Shown piece by piece: positions 41,290 through 51,044 of a stretch of 64,000 bases of DNA. The notes beneath the pieces were generated by a model that did not search any database, was not told the origin of the DNA, and worked only from the letters and a program-made list of their open reading frames with translations. The first letter of the stretch is position 1, and every line of letters begins with the position of its first letter. The translations under genes and the position numbers were made by a program. Origin of the DNA: Bacteroidota bacterium (GTDB taxonomy: Bacteria; Bacteroidota; Bacteroidia; J057; JAJTIE01); NCBI GenBank assembly GCA_019638695.1, contig JAHBTG010000006.1, positions 3,022-67,021 of the forward strand, read 5' to 3'.

Positions 41290-41904
41290 ATGCATACCGA
41301 CCTCATAAGCGCCATACAATACCTGCATAGCAAGGGATGGGCCCCGGCTACCAGCTCCAACTACAGTATGCGGGATGCCCGGTCCCCCGGGCACCTGTGG
41401 ATCAGCCGCAGCGGAGTGGACAAGCGTCATTTTAGGGAGGCAGATCTGGTCTGCACCGATGCACAAGGAGTTCCGTTGGCAGATCCTACTATACGCACCT
41501 CCGCCGAGACCGCTTTGCACACGCTTATATATGCCGTATATCCGCAGGTACAGTGTGTGCTGCATACCCACACCGTGGCGAATACCGTAGCCGGGCTGAA
41601 ATATCCCGGAGGCATTAGCTTTCAGGGGCTGGAAATGCAGAAGGCCATTGAAGGGAACTCTACCCATGAGGAGCCTCTGAATTTGCCTGTATATGCCAAT
41701 ACCCAGGATATAGCTGCGCTGGCCAGAGAAATAAAGCCTTACCTGGAACAAAATGCCGGGTGTTATGGCTTCCTGATAGCAGGCCATGGCCTCTATGCCT
41801 GGGGAGACAGCGTAGCGCAAGCCGCCCGGCATATAGAAGCGTGGGAGTTTTTACTGGAAACCCGATTATTACTTGAGATACATGGCATCCGTACACATTC
41901 CTGA
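41290..41904 (+). CDS. mtnB: Methylthioribulose-1-phosphate dehydratase
   Basis: GWAPATSSNYS, SGVDK, SAETALH, HTH and GHGLYAWG motifs. Confidence 0.93.
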   Translation: MHTDLISAIQYLHSKGWAPATSSNYSMRDARSPGHLWISRSGVDKRHFREADLVCTDAQGVPLADPTIRTSAETALHTLIYAVYPQVQCVLHTHTVANTVAGLKYPGGISFQGLEMQKAIEGNSTHEEPLNLPVYANTQDIAALAREIKPYLEQNAGCYGFLIAGHGLYAWGDSVAQAARHIEAWEFLLETRLLLEIHGIRTHS

Positions 41905-42406
41905 TGAAAACCGTGTCATAACCGGATTTGCAGAGATCAAGGCGTTCCTGCAAACCATAAATGTGTGGCATGACCGCTGGGAGGCCAATGCGCCCTTGGC
42001 CCCTGAATCTACCCAGGAAGAGATCCTGGATGCGTATGCACATGTGCTTCGCCCCTATATGGCCAGCCATCATTACCAGGTGGCAGATGTGATCAACGTA
42101 CATGGAGAGACCCCCAACCTGCAAGCCTTGCGGGATAAGTTCCTGGCCGAGCATACGCATACAGAAGATGAGGTTCGTTTTTTTGTGGACGGACAAGGCT
42201 ACTTCTGGTTCAACCCCGGAGGGGGCAGACCCGTGTGTTATGTACACTGCGTGGCGGGGGACCTGCTCTCTGTGCCGGCCAATACGCCGCACTGGTTTGA
42301 CCTGGGAGAACCCGCCTTTGTGAAGGCCATCCGCATTTTCATTGACCCCAGCGGATGGGTGCCCCACTATACGGAATCTGGCATAGACCAACAATACCGC
42401 AGCTAG
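41882..42406 (+). CDS. mtnD: Acireductone dioxygenase
   Basis: KFLAEHTHTEDEVRFFVDG and GDLLSVPANTPHWF motifs. Confidence 0.94.
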   Translation: MASVHIPDENRVITGFAEIKAFLQTINVWHDRWEANAPLAPESTQEEILDAYAHVLRPYMASHHYQVADVINVHGETPNLQALRDKFLAEHTHTEDEVRFFVDGQGYFWFNPGGGRPVCYVHCVAGDLLSVPANTPHWFDLGEPAFVKAIRIFIDPSGWVPHYTESGIDQQYRS

Positions 42407-43117
42407 ATGCCTCATTATCCCAAGCCTGATATTCTGCTTACGGATATCGAAGGCACCACTACGGACGCGCAGTTTGTGCACCAGGTGCTGTTCCCCTATG
42501 CCCATGATGCCCTGGAGGCTTATGTGCGGCAGCATGCGACAGATCCCGTGGTGCTGGCCATACTCCATGATGCGGCATGTGCTATAGAAAATGAAACGGG
42601 TACCCGCCCGGATGTGGCAACTACTGTGGCTGCTTTTCAGCAATGGATCCAAGAAGACCGTAAGCAGACAGCGCTGAAAGCGCTTCAGGGGCTTATCTGG
42701 GCGGATGGCTATGCCCGCGGAGATTTTACCAGCCACCTGTATGCCGATGTACTGCCGGCTTTGCAGCGCTGGCAGGCACAGGGCATTGCCCTGGGGGTGT
42801 ATAGCAGCGGGTCCATCCATGCTCAGCAACAGCTGTTTGCCCATACGGTGCATGGAGATCTCACCCCCATGTTCCGTTATTATTTCGATACCACGAGCGG
42901 ACCTAAAAGAGAGGAACAGAGTTACCGCAATATCCTGGCTGCCCTGGGCTATGGTCATGCTCCGGACAAAGTATGCTTTCTGAGCGATATTGAGGCTGAG
43001 CTGGATGCCGCCGCCGCTGCCGGACTGCAGACCATCCAACTGGTGCGTCCGGGTACTTTGCCCGGCTCCTCTCACAGCCGGGCAACTACTTTTGACGAAA
43101 TTATCTTCCAGTCATGA
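42407..43117 (+). CDS. mtnC: Enolase-phosphatase E1 (acireductone synthase)
   Basis: DIEGTT, DRK.TALKALQG, YSSGS and FLSD..ELDAA motifs. Confidence 0.95.
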   Translation: MPHYPKPDILLTDIEGTTTDAQFVHQVLFPYAHDALEAYVRQHATDPVVLAILHDAACAIENETGTRPDVATTVAAFQQWIQEDRKQTALKALQGLIWADGYARGDFTSHLYADVLPALQRWQAQGIALGVYSSGSIHAQQQLFAHTVHGDLTPMFRYYFDTTSGPKREEQSYRNILAALGYGHAPDKVCFLSDIEAELDAAAAAGLQTIQLVRPGTLPGSSHSRATTFDEIIFQS

Positions 43118-43725
43118 AAATAATCTGTGTGGGGCGCAACTATGCCCAGCATGCCCGGGAAATGAATGCGCCATTGCCCCAGGAGCCCGTATTGTTCATC
43201 AAACCGGATAATGCTCTGTTGCGCGAGAACACTGATTTTTACATTCCCGACTGGACACAGGAGGTGCATTATGAGTGCGAGGTGTTTTATCGCATCGGCC
43301 GCAAAGGCAAGTATATAGACCCCAAATATGCACTCGGCTATGTGGATGGCATTGGTCTGGGTATAGACTTTACGGCCAGGGATGTGCAGCAACGCTGCAA
43401 GGAGCAGGGATTACCCTGGGAGATTGCCAAAGGCTTTGACCATAGCGCCGCTGTGAGCACCATCCTGCCGCTTTCCGAGTTGGCCGATCCTTTTAAGGTG
43501 CAGTTTGAACTATACCTCAACGGCGAGCTGCGGCAACGTGCGCATACCCAGGAGATGATCTTCCCGCTCGAGTCTGTAATGGCATATAGCTCGCGCTATT
43601 TCTCTTTCAAGGCCGGGGACTACCTTTTTACCGGTACGCCTGCTGGCGTGGGCCCGGTAAAAGCCGGGGATCACCTGCAGGGTTACCTGGAAGGCAGGTT
43701 GATGCTGGATTTTCATATACGGTAA
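43114..43725 (+). CDS. Fumarylacetoacetate hydrolase family protein
   Basis: KIICVGRNY, DFTARD, PWEIAKGFD and FTGTPAGVG motifs. Confidence 0.92.
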   Translation: MKIICVGRNYAQHAREMNAPLPQEPVLFIKPDNALLRENTDFYIPDWTQEVHYECEVFYRIGRKGKYIDPKYALGYVDGIGLGIDFTARDVQQRCKEQGLPWEIAKGFDHSAAVSTILPLSELADPFKVQFELYLNGELRQRAHTQEMIFPLESVMAYSSRYFSFKAGDYLFTGTPAGVGPVKAGDHLQGYLEGRLMLDFHIR

Positions 43726-43726
43726 G

Positions 43727-43749
43727 GCGGCCGGTACACTTCCGGCCGT
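43727..43749. terminator. GC-rich hairpin between convergent genes
   Basis: CGGCCGG/CCGGCCG stem; no clear U-tract. Confidence 0.4.
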
Positions 43750-45926
43750 TAGTGGTCCCATGTCAGCCGGATGCCGGCAAAGAAGCGCCGGCCTTGCAAT
43801 GGTCCATAGACATAGGCTGTGTCAAACGCATCTCCAAATGGGGCTTCTGGGGCTACCAGCGGATCAGACTGTGTCCAGTTGAGCAGGTTTTTGACCCCAC
43901 CGAAGACCTGGAGGTATTTGTTTATGGGCTGGCGGCATTGCAGGTGCTGCTGGCTGTAGACCGGGGAAGAGGTGGCACGCGTATAGGGTTCGGGGTAGTG
44001 GGGCAGTGCCATGGGACCAAAGAGCTTGCCGGTATAGTCCAGTTGCGTTTTCCACCTGGGGTGCTGGTAGCTAAGCGTCCAGTTAGTGGTGTAGGACGGT
44101 GCAAAGGGAATGGACGTTCGGGCGCTTCCTGTATTCTGCCAGGTGTCCAGCCACGTGGCACCCAGGTTTACCCGCCAGCCGTTGCCAAACGCCAGGTTGG
44201 CAGAGACCGCCAGCCCCTGCGTCACGCTTTGCATATCTAGGTTGGTGTAGCGAATAAACCGGTCATCACTGTAATCCGGCAGGATACGGTTGGTATAGTA
44301 AGTATGGAATGCCTCCAGATTCCAGCTGAGGACGCGTTTCCCTAATTGGGTGTAGGTGCTGAAACTGGCTGTGCCGCTCCAGGAGCGTTCAGGGTTTAGT
44401 GGTCCTTCTATGACCAGGGTGCGGCTGCCGGAGAGCGCCGCATGGTCTTCTGTAAACAGGTTTACTACCCGGAAGCCGCTACCCCCGTTAAGTCGGATGC
44501 TGGAGTATTCATTCAGGTCCCACTTGAGGTTGAGCCGGGGGGCAGGGATGAGGCCGTGGTCGCGGTGATGGTCTACGCGCAGTCCTCCCTGCAAGGTCCA
44601 CCGGGGGAATAGCCGCCACATATCTTCCAGGAATATCCCGGGGATGGGCCTGCTGTCCGGGGCTGCTGCGGTGGCCGGGGTATTGTCCCGGTAATATTGG
44701 TAACGGAAGGTAGCACCTGCAGAAAGATCATGCCGGTGCAGGCGCCGGGTATGCACCAGGTTGGTGAAACTGGTATACTGGCGGGCCAGGTAGGCGGTGT
44801 GGCCATACCAGCTTCGTTGGTCATGGCCACTCAGGCTGCCTTCCAGCCGCCAGTTGCGGTGCAGGGTATATTGTCCCAGCAGCTCTGCCCGGCGCGTCAG
44901 GATGAACTCGCCATACATAACATCGCTGCCGGCATATTCCCTGCGCCAGCTGAGCGTGCCCCCGCTGCGGTCTTCGGCATACACTCGTCCGGCTAATTGA
45001 AAGGGCAGGCCGCTGCGCCGTGCAAACTGCCATTTGTTAAAGACCGAAAGACGCCTGGCCAGTACCACATCCATGAAATTGTCGTGGTTGGCGTCCAGGC
45101 GCGTGCCCATATGATAGCCCGATACGCCCAGCAGCATCCGCTGCCTGCCTACCGGGGTCGTCAGGGTTGCATCCAGCTGGGTCTCTCCATGGGTATTGCC
45201 CCAGGACTCCAACATCCAGTGGGCATGGTCATGCGGTTGCCGGGTGATGACATTGAGCACGCCTCCTATGCTTTCGGTGCCATATAAGGTGCTGGCGGGA
45301 CCTTTGATCACTTCCACGCGGTCGATCAGCGCCGGGGGTAAGCCTGATAACCCATAAATACTGGCCAGGCTGCCCATGAGCGGCATGCCATCTATCAGCA
45401 CCAGCGTAGCGGCGCCGCCCAGTCCATTGATCTGAAGCTCATTGGTGCCGCACACCCCGCAGGCTACCCGCTCTGTGAGGCCGTTGGTGGCCAGCAGGGC
45501 GTCCGTCAGCGTAGCAGAGATATTGCTTTCCAGCTGCAGGGCATTGATGCGTGTGATCAGCACGGGTGACTGTGCCAGGCTGATGGGCGCGGCAAAGGCC
45601 GTAACCGTGATAGGGTCTTTCAGCTCTGTATGAATGGGGGTAAGCAAGTGCTCCAGTTCCCCGGTCACCGGCAGGGAAATCATCAGCGTATCACTGCGGT
45701 AGGTGGATAGCTGCACGATCCAGCGCTGCGGCTCTGGACCGGCCGGCAGGCAGAAACGACCCTCTGCATCGGTCAGTATACCCTGATTGCTGCCCAGCAG
45801 CCGGAAGCTGGCGCCGGAAAGGGGTTCGCGGGTGTCGGCATCCCGCAGGACGCCACAAGTGTTTTGTGCCGGCAGAGTTGTATAGATGCCCAACCCCAGC
45901 AATATATTTAGCCCCCACACTTTCAT
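43749..45926 (-). CDS. TonB-dependent receptor (probable Mn/Fe/metal uptake)
   Basis: Signal peptide, CarboxypepD-like N-domain, plug with CGVC and IDRVEVIKGPASTLYG, C-terminal barrel. Confidence 0.9.
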   Translation of the reverse strand: MKVWGLNILLGLGIYTTLPAQNTCGVLRDADTREPLSGASFRLLGSNQGILTDAEGRFCLPAGPEPQRWIVQLSTYRSDTLMISLPVTGELEHLLTPIHTELKDPITVTAFAAPISLAQSPVLITRINALQLESNISATLTDALLATNGLTERVACGVCGTNELQINGLGGAATLVLIDGMPLMGSLASIYGLSGLPPALIDRVEVIKGPASTLYGTESIGGVLNVITRQPHDHAHWMLESWGNTHGETQLDATLTTPVGRQRMLLGVSGYHMGTRLDANHDNFMDVVLARRLSVFNKWQFARRSGLPFQLAGRVYAEDRSGGTLSWRREYAGSDVMYGEFILTRRAELLGQYTLHRNWRLEGSLSGHDQRSWYGHTAYLARQYTSFTNLVHTRRLHRHDLSAGATFRYQYYRDNTPATAAAPDSRPIPGIFLEDMWRLFPRWTLQGGLRVDHHRDHGLIPAPRLNLKWDLNEYSSIRLNGGSGFRVVNLFTEDHAALSGSRTLVIEGPLNPERSWSGTASFSTYTQLGKRVLSWNLEAFHTYYTNRILPDYSDDRFIRYTNLDMQSVTQGLAVSANLAFGNGWRVNLGATWLDTWQNTGSARTSIPFAPSYTTNWTLSYQHPRWKTQLDYTGKLFGPMALPHYPEPYTRATSSPVYSQQHLQCRQPINKYLQVFGGVKNLLNWTQSDPLVAPEAPFGDAFDTAYVYGPLQGRRFFAGIRLTWDH

Positions 45927-45927
45927 T

Positions 45928-45964
45928 TTTGCCTGGTCAAATAAAAAATTTAGACAAAGCTAAA
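45928..45964. promoter_or_regulatory. Tandem DtxR/MntR-like operator palindromes
   Basis: TTTAG-N6-CTAAA (45949-45964) and TTTG-N6-CAAA (45928-45941) immediately upstream of the TBDR start. Confidence 0.6.
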
Positions 45965-46090
45965 AAATAATCTGATATCCCCAAAAACCCTTGTCTTTTC
46001 TTCCGGGCCTCCTGTCGAAAAAACTACCCGGTGATTTGTTTTCGCTTATACTTTGCGTTGATAAATCGTTCCGCCCGCAATCCGTTCCTC

Positions 46091-46264
46091 ATGTCTGCTC
46101 CCCTGGAAGAAGCGTCCGGCGCGCCGGACAGCGATCGTAAGACCCGCAAAATGCGTGCACAGCCCCTGGCACAAGGCGTTTGTGAGAATAGTCTGGATAC
46201 CCTGCTGGTAACGTTTGACCTGTATAGTAAGAAGCCTTCTAAAAAACGCAAGCACCAGCCTTGA
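46091..46264 (+). CDS. Putative small basic protein (57 aa)
   Basis: ATG after a promoter-like TATACTTTG; stop overlaps the next start (TTGA). Confidence 0.35.
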   Translation: MSAPLEEASGAPDSDRKTRKMRAQPLAQGVCENSLDTLLVTFDLYSKKPSKKRKHQP

Positions 46265-46791
46265 CCTCCACCTATACTTTACCGCACCAGACCTGTACAC
46301 TGTCTGCCGGTGTGCTGAAGATTGCCTATAAGCAAACCACAGCGTATATCCCTTTGCCGGATATCCGGGAAGTTCGCCTGGTGATGTCTCCTGCAGAAGC
46401 CGGTGAACTCTATAACTGCTATGTAAAGACGGCTGAGAAGACCTTTCGTGTGGGGATGAGTACCGTCTATGTGGGACATGCACCTGCCCATAACCAGCAG
46501 TACCGGGCATTTGTCCGGGATCTGCATGCGGCTTTGCAGGCAGCAGGTCATCCGGTTGCCTACCGGCAGGGGATGAATTACCTGAAGGTTATCTTACAGG
46601 TACTCGCCGTGGTTGCTGTGGTGGCCAGCCTGGTGGTTTTTGTGGCGACACCTGCGCACAAGTTGCTAAAGAACCCTTTTCCCGGCATAGCCCTTTTTTT
46701 CACAGGCATAAGCTGCTGGTTATGGGGCGGGCGTTTCCATGTACGAACTTACGACCCGGGTAATATCCCTGCACCGTTACTGCCCGTCTAA
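46261..46791 (+). CDS. Hypothetical membrane protein (soluble N-domain plus 2 TM)
   Basis: Two C-terminal hydrophobic helices and a YDP..IP..LLP end. Confidence 0.65.
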   Translation: MTSTYTLPHQTCTLSAGVLKIAYKQTTAYIPLPDIREVRLVMSPAEAGELYNCYVKTAEKTFRVGMSTVYVGHAPAHNQQYRAFVRDLHAALQAAGHPVAYRQGMNYLKVILQVLAVVAVVASLVVFVATPAHKLLKNPFPGIALFFTGISCWLWGGRFHVRTYDPGNIPAPLLPV

Positions 46792-47414
46792 CGCTTGACT
46801 ATCCAGAACTGGTGTATCTGGAATTTGAACTGGAAGAGCTCAAACTGCTGCGCAGGATAGCATTCCGGTGCTGAGAGGAACAGCAGGTCGTGGTCCGGTG
46901 AGATTTTGATAAAGAAGCTGGCATCCGGCGCCTCTCCCATGCAGGAGTTTTGCGTAGAAAGTGCCGCCTTCTGGGCCCGCAGTTCCTCTTCCGTGGGGAA
47001 ATGCCGGAAGATCGTGCCGCTTACATCCCAAAATTCTACTCCACCGCCTCCGGGCTTGCTGCCCGGGAGTATGATATACTGCTGTTGCTCGCAGGGGCCT
47101 TCAGCCGTTTTGCAGCGGTTTTGCAGCAGTACCAGGATTTCGTACCCGTCTGAGTCCCGGAAATATTTGACCTCAAAGAAGGCCTGAGCATACCCCTCCT
47201 GGTTGCCCGGCAGGGCGCCTTTCAGGTAACTGGGTTTTTGCTCGGTGAGCAGGTCCAGTCGGTCCTGTTTGGCCAGCGGTTCTGTTTCTTCTGTGGTCCA
47301 GAACAGATATCCGGCATCCATCGCCTGGAAGTAGTTCAGCAAGTTGCGGTTAGCTTGCGCGGGCAGCAGGACGGGGGTGGCCAGCAGGATATACAGAAGA
47401 AATGTGCGTTTCAT
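46788..47414 (-). CDS. Hypothetical secreted protein
   Basis: Signal peptide MKRTFLLYILL...AQ; TACTTTTG promoter element at 47453-47446. Confidence 0.65.
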   Translation of the reverse strand: MKRTFLLYILLATPVLLPAQANRNLLNYFQAMDAGYLFWTTEETEPLAKQDRLDLLTEQKPSYLKGALPGNQEGYAQAFFEVKYFRDSDGYEILVLLQNRCKTAEGPCEQQQYIILPGSKPGGGGVEFWDVSGTIFRHFPTEEELRAQKAALSTQNSCMGEAPDASFFIKISPDHDLLFLSAPECYPAQQFELFQFKFQIHQFWIVKR

Positions 47415-47507
47415 AGGAGAACAGGTTTTAGTTGTGTAAGTGTTGCAAAAGTAGTGCCGAAATGCCAACGTGCTTCTATTTGCGCTTCTTTTGTAATTTG
47501 AGCCCTT

Positions 47508-47915
47508 ATGAAAACACCCTTATCCTTGCCCGTTTCCCGTTTGTTTTTGGGGATTGGTGTTCTTTTGAGCAGCCTGCTGTTTTGTGCCAGCCGCTGCCAC
47601 CAGGCGAAGCCGGATAACAACCTGTGGGGTGCCTGGCGCCATGCCTATGAAGAAACCCGGGCAGACGGCGCCCGCAGTTACCGCCCGAGACAACATGAAC
47701 TGCCTCCCAGCCGGGGACGGCACTGGTTTGAGATTCGGCAGGATGGCACTTTCATTGACCATCCCATTGCTCCGGCAGACGGTTCTTTGGACGAACCCGG
47801 TACCTGGAAGGCCGTGAGCCCCACAGAACTTGCCGTTACCCTGAAGACGGGCCGCACCTTTCGCATCAGGATCCATGAACTGACGCCTGAGCAGCTGTGG
47901 CTCACGTTTGAGTAG
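47508..47915 (+). CDS. Hypothetical exported protein, lipocalin-like fold
   Basis: Signal peptide; LWGAW.HAYEE, LPPSRGR and GTW motifs. Confidence 0.65.
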   Translation: MKTPLSLPVSRLFLGIGVLLSSLLFCASRCHQAKPDNNLWGAWRHAYEETRADGARSYRPRQHELPPSRGRHWFEIRQDGTFIDHPIAPADGSLDEPGTWKAVSPTELAVTLKTGRTFRIRIHELTPEQLWLTFE

Positions 47916-47936
47916 CGGGCGAGTTGGTGTTCAGGA

Positions 47937-50225
47937 TTAGAATGTATACCCAATGGAGGTATTGGCTTGCCAGTAATGTGAAACGGGCCGGTTATTTGGG
48001 GTAAGCTGGTTATAGGCCAGCGTGGCCTGGCAGATCAAGGTTTTCAGCAGGGTTGTCCCCAATGTCAGGGTTGGGCTGAGCCGGGTGCCCAGGAACTGGT
48101 CATGCGCTACCAGTCCGCCCGCTTCTATAAGAAGCTTATGAATATGTTTGCTGGCCAGGCTGGCTTGTATGGCATAGAGGCGTTGTGGGGGTAATACAAA
48201 ATCCTGCGGAGTAAGATTGTGTTGAGCCCGGGTATTCCTTTCCCATATCAGGTTCCCACTGGTGGTAAATAGCAGCTTGTTCCGCTGGATCCTATAAATG
48301 ACCGTGGCGGTGTACATGGAGATGGTGGGAAAGCTCGGGCTTTCAGGGTTGTTAAAGGTTTGCTGGGCTGTGCGGAGCTGCCGCCCGGCCTGTAATGTGA
48401 TGTGCTGTGGTGTCTTTTTCCCGTAGTTGTGCGAGAGCACCAGGTTGAAAAGGTGGAAGCTTCCGCTACTCAGGGTCGTATCTGTGGCGTCTTTACTGGC
48501 CCGTTGCAAGGCTGCCCGATAGTCTGCGGAGAGGACAGGCGCTTTGCGTGGCTGCCAGGTGAGCCCTGCACCGGCATAAGTGGTATACATACTATAGGGT
48601 TTCAGGCTTCTGAGGTTGGTCTTTTCCTGCTCCAGGTTTACCCGCGTTTCCAGGTGTATACGCTCATACCGCCGTTTGCCTTCCAGCTTGTAAGATTGCA
48701 GGTCGTTGCGCAAAAAGGGCACTCCAAATGAATGGTATCCCGGACCGATCGTACGGTGCCCGGCCGTTACCTGGTACTTCTCATCCGGCTTCCATACCAG
48801 CTCGAGCAGGATGGCATAGTCCTTGGCAAGGCTATCATTATGTCTATACAGCTCTGTCATCCAGGCACCTACTTCTTGGGCAGGCGGCAGGTAATGGTTG
48901 ACGTCCTGTACGGTCATACTTTTGTTGGCTTCTCCCTTTAGCATGAGTGTTTCTCCCCATATGGGATGTGCAAAGTCCACACCTACCAGGTAGTTACGTT
49001 GCGGGGTGTTTGAGGAAAACAGCGTATCCCTCGCCTGTCCTTTAGGCTCTGTTCCGTAGAGCATATTGACATGCAGGTGCCGGGCCTCCTGTGCGCCTAT
49101 TCCTGCAGAAGCGGCTACCAGTGTGCGCCGGTAGAGGGCTGGCAATCGTAACCCGAACAGGCTGTTCAGGCTGCTCAGGTTTATGGCCTGGCTGGCATTC
49201 TGGTCGTGGGCTGCTGATGCCTGGAAATGCCATTTGCCGGGCATCAGCTCTATATCAAAACCCAGGACAGATGCGCCGTTAAAAGACAGCGCTGAGTAAT
49301 AGGGGTAAGTGGTTCCCAACTGGAGCTTTTGTATAGTGCTTAGCTTGCGGTCTCGTGCCGTTAACAGGCCCATGGCTTCCAGCTGAGTACTGTGCCTTGA
49401 GAGATTGGGGTCCTGCTGCAACGCTTTAGCGTCCTCTAATTTTGCGCTCACCTGTGCCTTTTGATGCCGGAGACTGTCCGGAGGTAATTTTTGAAGTACA
49501 CTTAGTTTGCGGGCAGCGGGTACCTGGTTGGTGAGTTCATTGATCGCCAGAGTCTGTTGCAAAACCTTGTCCTCTAGCTTTTGCAAAGAGTCGCGCAAGG
49601 GAATGGTGGCATTCAGCTGGCCTGCTGTTTTGGCAGACCTGCTGAGCGAATCCAGGCGGTGGCGTAATCGCTCCTGCTGATGCGTATCTCGTAAGAACTC
49701 ATGATAAAGACTGTCCACATAAGGCCGCATCTCCGGTTGTACATTCTCCAGCCCTTTTCCTGATGTGAGGTCTTTTTGATAAGCGGTGAGTTCCGGTATT
49801 CCGGTAAATAGCTTTCGGACGGATTGCGGATTCTTTTTCTCTAAAATCTCCAGGTCCCGTAGTTCCAGCGAGTCTGCTGCTATACGTTTGTCCAGTTTTG
49901 CTCTCAGTTGTTTCTGGACCGCCTGGGCATCCACTCCTATATAGAACTGATTGATCGCCTGCCTATAAGGCCCTTGTTCTGAGGTAACCAGTCCCCCGGC
50001 CTGTAGCGGGATACCCAGCACCTCCAGTCTTAAGTCGGATCGCAGCCGCATATAGTCCGGAGGCTGTAACAGGTAATCATTACCGGGCAGTGTGCTGTGC
50101 TGCCTGTCCATTCCCAGCGTGCCGGATAGTTTAACCGGCCGGAGCGGTTGATCTCCCGGTATTTGCGATAAGCCTGCATGATAAAGGCAGCATAGTCCGC
50201 AAAGTATGGATAGAAGACGACACAA
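47937..50225 (-). CDS. Putative outer-membrane beta-barrel with large helical insertion
   Basis: Signal peptide; amphipathic strands; about 190 aa charged helical segment; GPGYHSFGVPFLRND; terminal SIGYTF beta-signal; TTG start. Confidence 0.7.
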   Translation of the reverse strand: MCRLLSILCGLCCLYHAGLSQIPGDQPLRPVKLSGTLGMDRQHSTLPGNDYLLQPPDYMRLRSDLRLEVLGIPLQAGGLVTSEQGPYRQAINQFYIGVDAQAVQKQLRAKLDKRIAADSLELRDLEILEKKNPQSVRKLFTGIPELTAYQKDLTSGKGLENVQPEMRPYVDSLYHEFLRDTHQQERLRHRLDSLSRSAKTAGQLNATIPLRDSLQKLEDKVLQQTLAINELTNQVPAARKLSVLQKLPPDSLRHQKAQVSAKLEDAKALQQDPNLSRHSTQLEAMGLLTARDRKLSTIQKLQLGTTYPYYSALSFNGASVLGFDIELMPGKWHFQASAAHDQNASQAINLSSLNSLFGLRLPALYRRTLVAASAGIGAQEARHLHVNMLYGTEPKGQARDTLFSSNTPQRNYLVGVDFAHPIWGETLMLKGEANKSMTVQDVNHYLPPAQEVGAWMTELYRHNDSLAKDYAILLELVWKPDEKYQVTAGHRTIGPGYHSFGVPFLRNDLQSYKLEGKRRYERIHLETRVNLEQEKTNLRSLKPYSMYTTYAGAGLTWQPRKAPVLSADYRAALQRASKDATDTTLSSGSFHLFNLVLSHNYGKKTPQHITLQAGRQLRTAQQTFNNPESPSFPTISMYTATVIYRIQRNKLLFTTSGNLIWERNTRAQHNLTPQDFVLPPQRLYAIQASLASKHIHKLLIEAGGLVAHDQFLGTRLSPTLTLGTTLLKTLICQATLAYNQLTPNNRPVSHYWQANTSIGYTF

Positions 50226-50578
50226 AGTAGTTGCAGGCAGCGAAGTAACAAAAGTCAGAAAAATTCTGAATCTAAACTAAATGGATAGGCAGCAGGTATT
50301 TTTCGTAATCAGGATATGTTTATCTCTGTAGGTATGGTTCCGTGATAGAAAATCAGAACTGCTCAAAGAAAACGTTTTAGGTTCCTGATGGTTTATCAAT
50401 ACCTGCAAACCGGGGCTGCAGTTAATACTTCTCTAAATATCAAAGGGTACTCTGATGTATCGCTAAAGTTCCTGTAACCTATCTATCAGTGTATTGGGGG
50501 CAAATGCATATTATAGACTTCATATCCGTCGCGGTGTTGGGTCCTGTTTTATTCGGTCGTCCTGTTTGATTAACTTCT

Positions 50579-50986
50579 TTATCGTTGTTTTAATAGTTCT
50601 TCGAGCAAACGCCTGATGGCGGTCAGTTCCTCAAGCACCTGCGACATATCGTCACGGGCAGCCTGCTGGGTATCGTTTTCCGCTTTGTTCTCCAAGTGCG
50701 GCGTCTTGTCCTCCGGCTTGTGGGTCTGGTAGGGTTTGGCGGGCTCTTCCACTCGTGCGGGCGTTATGTCATTTTGTTCTATTCCGTATAGCAACCAGTC
50801 GGGAGATATATCATATAGACTTTTAAGCTTATCCAGGATGTGCCGCGATATATCCCGTTTGCCGGTTTCTAAATAGGCATAATAGCCCTGGCTCAGGCCT
50901 AACACCTGCGCCATCTCCTGCTGTGTGAGATTCTGCTGTTTCCTGATAAACTTCAGCCTATCTCCTGCATTATGCCTATTTGACAT
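50579..50986 (-). CDS. XRE/Cro-CI family HTH transcriptional regulator
   Basis: RLKFIRKQQNLTQQEMAQVLGLSQGYYAYLETGKR...SPDWLLYG; alternative start at 51007. Confidence 0.92.
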   Translation of the reverse strand: MSNRHNAGDRLKFIRKQQNLTQQEMAQVLGLSQGYYAYLETGKRDISRHILDKLKSLYDISPDWLLYGIEQNDITPARVEEPAKPYQTHKPEDKTPHLENKAENDTQQAARDDMSQVLEELTAIRRLLEELLKQR

Positions 50987-51007
50987 TGAGTTGTCCACAA
51001 ATTGCAT

Positions 51008-51044
51008 ATTGATTTTGTTTTTAAATCAATGTGATATAAATTTG
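51008..51044 (+). promoter_or_regulatory. Operon promoter overlapped by a palindromic operator
   Basis: TTTG(51014-17)-N19-TAAATTTG(51037-44); ATTGATTT-N7-AAATCAAT at 51008-51030. Confidence 0.7.

Noticed and set aside
41660-43075. 471-aa minus-strand ORF
   Set aside because: Antisense shadow of mtnB/mtnD/mtnC, with no motifs of its own.
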